Part shown: positions 6,370 through 9,391 of the stretch, piece after piece
How positions within the stretch are numbered: position 1 is the stretch's first letter
Layout: each line of letters opens with the position of its first letter
NCBI GenBank assembly: GCA_054661495.1
Contig: BAAFSQ010000349.1
Location: 1 to 9,391, forward strand
Source of the DNA: Zygophlyctis sp. KS116
Lineage: Eukaryota; Fungi; Chytridiomycota
Length of the DNA: 9,391 nt
Direction: 5' to 3'
The notes under the pieces: generated by a model
Seen by the model: only the letters and a program-made list of their open reading frames with translations
Databases searched by the model: none
Told to the model about the DNA's origin: nothing
Translations under genes and position numbers: made by a program

Positions 6370-7637
6370 AGGCTCTTTTAAGCTTTCATTCACTTTAGGA
6401 AGCTCCACATTTGGGCTGTCAATCTTCTTAGGATTCTTTTCATCAGTCATTGTAAGTTTGTTTTATTTTTCTTTGCGGCAGGTACATGCAAATTTGCGTT
6501 ATTTGAGTTTAGGTCCTATTTTCAAGATTGATACGTCTTTTTGAAGATCTCTTTGAGCTGTATATCATTCTGAAAAATCACATTAATCAGGGTCACGTAC
6601 GATAAGATATAACAATTTGAATGTTAACATTTTTCGCGTTTAGGTTTACTGAATCTGCTATCTCCTCCAGTTTACATCCTATAGATTTACGCTCATAGAC
6701 AAAAAGTTTCTACTCAAAATGCTATCGATCTTCCAAATCAGACAACATCGCAAAAACCACTATTTTTCTATGTAAACAGGGTACGCGTTAATTTAAGCTT
6801 TGGACGCGCAAATTTTTCATCGTGCAAATTTAACTTTTGGTTAATATTTCAACAAAAATGAGTATTTTCCAATTAGAAAGGCTAACGAAATTGAAAAAGG
6901 GATAGACTGGATTAAGTTTGAATTCAGTGATCATCATTATCATTGAGCAATGTTATGCTTAAGGAGGACAAAAATACAAGATTAAAAAGAATATACTACG
7001 AGTAAGAATACCGTACAAAAATCTTAAGCAAATCAAGCAAAATCAAAAAGTTTCTATCGGCAGGTTATAAAGTTAACTAAGGGTTATTTGAAAACTGCTT
7101 TAATCGAACAGGTTCAAGATCCGATGATGTATTTTATAAAACTTATCTTTTGAAATGAACAACTTATACACTTCTGGAGAAGTTGCTTTTTAAATACTGC
7201 GTAAATTTTTAATGGAAAAAAAATCTTCTGCTCAATGTTAAATTTCAGAGAAGAACTATTGACAAAAGCAGTTGCTCTAAAAATTATGGAGACTCATGCA
7301 GCACTCACAGCAAGAGCTATGTACTGTAATACAGAGTGTTAAGTCACTCGAGAAAACTATGACCATTATCAAAAGTATAATAAGGTCAGGTTTACTTAAC
7401 TCATTTTCAGTCCTGGTCACAATTTTTTTACGAAAATGAAATAGTCTTTAACGAAAGAGTTATTGCTTTTTTAATGCGAGAAGTTTTATTTTTGCCTAAG
7501 ATGAAACCAGGCCGCAAGTCTTCTGAACAAAAGATAAAGGAAGAGGAAGCTTAGATGGCAAACAATAGAAGGTATTCAATGTAGATTTACAAATGTAGAG
7601 ACTTTAGAGAGTTTAGAAGAGCTTCAGAATTTACAAA

Positions 7638-7979
7638 CTATGTATAAGTTTTCTGTTTTAAATTTATTTCTGGTGAAGATAGCACAGGAACTACTCGTGA
7701 ACAAACACAACAAAAATTTCTGTCAATAAAGTTTTTAGGATTTAAAACAGGTTCAGTTCTTTTGAAATGTTCGATACAATTATCTTCAGTTATAATTGGT
7801 GGAAAATGTTCAATAACGCTTTCTTCTCTAAGGATTTTTGAGTTGTCCTTCAAAATATTAATGATATATTGTTCCGTTAAATTTTTGTCAATAGTGCCTG
7901 CTCGACTTTTCGGAAATTTAGGATGTAATTTAGCTCCATGACCAATTAATGATTGTATAAATTTTTCTCTTGAATACAA
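7638..7979 (-). pseudogene. Possible Helitron Rep/helicase N-terminal fragment
   Basis: FPP...F...P-x-NF...CCVCSRVVP resembles, from memory, the FPP...CAVC segment upstream of the Rep domain in fungal Helitron proteins. No Rep or helicase motifs were seen. Confidence 0.4.
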
Positions 7980-8566
7980 AATTGCTTAATGTTTTGATGT
8001 TATATTTTTAGACTATTTTGTTTTGTTAATTCAGTGAAATTTAATTCATCTAGCTCTGCATATGTAGACACTATTCTTACATTCAGTTGTTGATTTTGAT
8101 CATTATCATTATTATTCAATTTTTTTGTATTAGTTTGTCTTTCACAACTTAATTTCTTTAGGGTTAGATTCATTTACTTGATCGATGCTTTAAATGTTTT
8201 AACCTTTATATTCAAATAAACGCCACATGACGTAAACAAGAATATAAATTTCTGCCAAAGTACAGTAGATTTTTTAAAAGCCCAACATGAGCAACTAAAA
8301 AATTTTAGAGTAGTTTCGTTTATCCAATCTGACACACCCTCTTAATGATCCAAAATCACCATATTGAACTCAACTAAACCTAACAAAACTAACATAAATG
8401 TACAAATCAACAACTTTTCTTTAATAATAAATTAAATTTTATCATAAATATTCTGGAAATCATATAGTGATCAAGACTACTTTTAACACATTGACATGAT
8501 AATTTAAAATGGTCTAGTAAGTAGGTCAAGCTTTAGGGTGAGTTTGGATGCGGTCGTAGCCGTTAG

Positions 8567-8854
8567 TTTGCTAGCCCTATTTTCGATTGGGTAAAAGAAA
8601 AGCGGGGCCTATCTATGCGTGTAACAAATGCTAAAATGTCGCATGAGGTGATGCGCAGATTTTCTAATCGTTTCTCGTCACTTGCACATTGTCAAAAATG
8701 GCTTTACAGTTTTATGGAGAAGAATAATTTGTCTATAAGGAGAAAAACACATGACCAAAATACATTCCAAGAAAGCGAAATGTCAGCAATTCGTTTAGAC
8801 TTAATGTTCACTTTCATAGACTCTTGCGCCTCTGTGTCTCATTTTCTTAAATAG
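8567..8854 (+). pseudogene. pogo/Tc5-type transposase CENP-B-like HTH DNA-binding domain fragment
   Basis: IFDWVKEKRGLSMRVT...KWLYSFMEKNNLSIRRKTH matches the W-V-x-E-x-R...W-L-x-x-F-M-x-R-x-x-L-S-x-R-R-x-T pattern. No DDE domain follows. Confidence 0.8.
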
Positions 8855-8859
8855 AATAA

Positions 8860-9391
8860 TAAATCAAAACTCCTTTATTGTGATTATTATGATCAACGGG
8901 AGTTCGTGAATTCGCCAAATTTATTTTGGCAATAAAATCACCAGCACCATCAATGTGATAGGCTGTATCTCCAAATTCTTTTTGGCTTGTGTTCTTTTTA
9001 ACATCAATTTTTTGAGAGGTACGATCTTTTGAGGCACCTGTTTTCTTGAATCGTTTCGATCTCTGTTCCATGATTTCTTTTAAGTGAATTGGACACTAAT
9101 CTTTTGGTCTTTTTGGAGAACCACATTAAACTTGTTTGTGCCTATATCCCCCACAATTGAAGCTAAGATTTTGGTTAAAATTCGTATCATGATTTGGTTT
9201 TTCATTCACATGATAATCGCTTGATAACTGGTCATGCATCTATTGAATTTGGAAGCATTTCATTGAGTTGATCTCTTTTAAGATTTTCCATTGCAAGTTG
9301 ATTTATTTTTCTTCAAGATATAAAACGTCCACTTGAGCTCTTTTATAGTCCAAAAGGGTGAGATCTGAGACATGCGGCAGCTTGCGGCACC
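8860..9391 (-). pseudogene. Decayed gag/ORF1-like sequence with a CCHC zinc knuckle
   Basis: Manual translation of 9164-9123 gives SFNCGGYRHKQV*C, i.e. CX2CX4HX4C with the first C changed to S and a stop. A basic, K-rich stretch follows. Boundaries are approximate. Confidence 0.5.

Noticed and set aside
6268-6450. 60-aa minus-strand ORF MTDEKNPKK...
   Set aside because: Half of it is antisense to the MULE and no motif was recognised. At most it is the start of another truncated element.
8261-8290. TA-CAGTAG as the left TIR of the pogo-like element
   Set aside because: The position is plausible, but no matching right TIR was seen in the window, so it cannot be supported.
1-9391. Prokaryotic RT systems (retron, DGR, CRISPR-RT)
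   Set aside because: Both RTs are Ty3/gypsy type with gag and protease or integrase context. No repeat-spacer array or operon structure was seen.

Overview
AT-rich eukaryotic DNA (probably fungal; inferred from the element types). It is almost entirely a nested graveyard of transposable elements around one intact gene, tRNA-Val(TAC) at 2181-2255. There are three minus-strand Ty3/gypsy LTR retrotransposons. (A) ~110-1360 is a decayed gag-protease-RT remnant with an 11-nt LTR/PBS self-complementarity of the Tf1 self-priming type. (B) ~1361-2171 has a clean 169-bp 5' LTR, a tRNA-iMet-type PBS and an open gag. It sits head-to-head only 9 bp upstream of the tRNA gene, the geometry of Pol III-targeted integration. 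(C) 3451-6144 is a deletion-shrunken chromovirus with both LTRs, PPT, a self-priming-type PBS and a near-perfect 5-bp TSD. It interrupts a Mutator (MULE) transposase whose reading frame is restored when the element is removed. The right third holds weaker remnants: a Helitron-like fragment, a pogo/Tc5 HTH fragment and a CCHC gag-like fragment. All calls come from reading motifs by eye; no searches were run.
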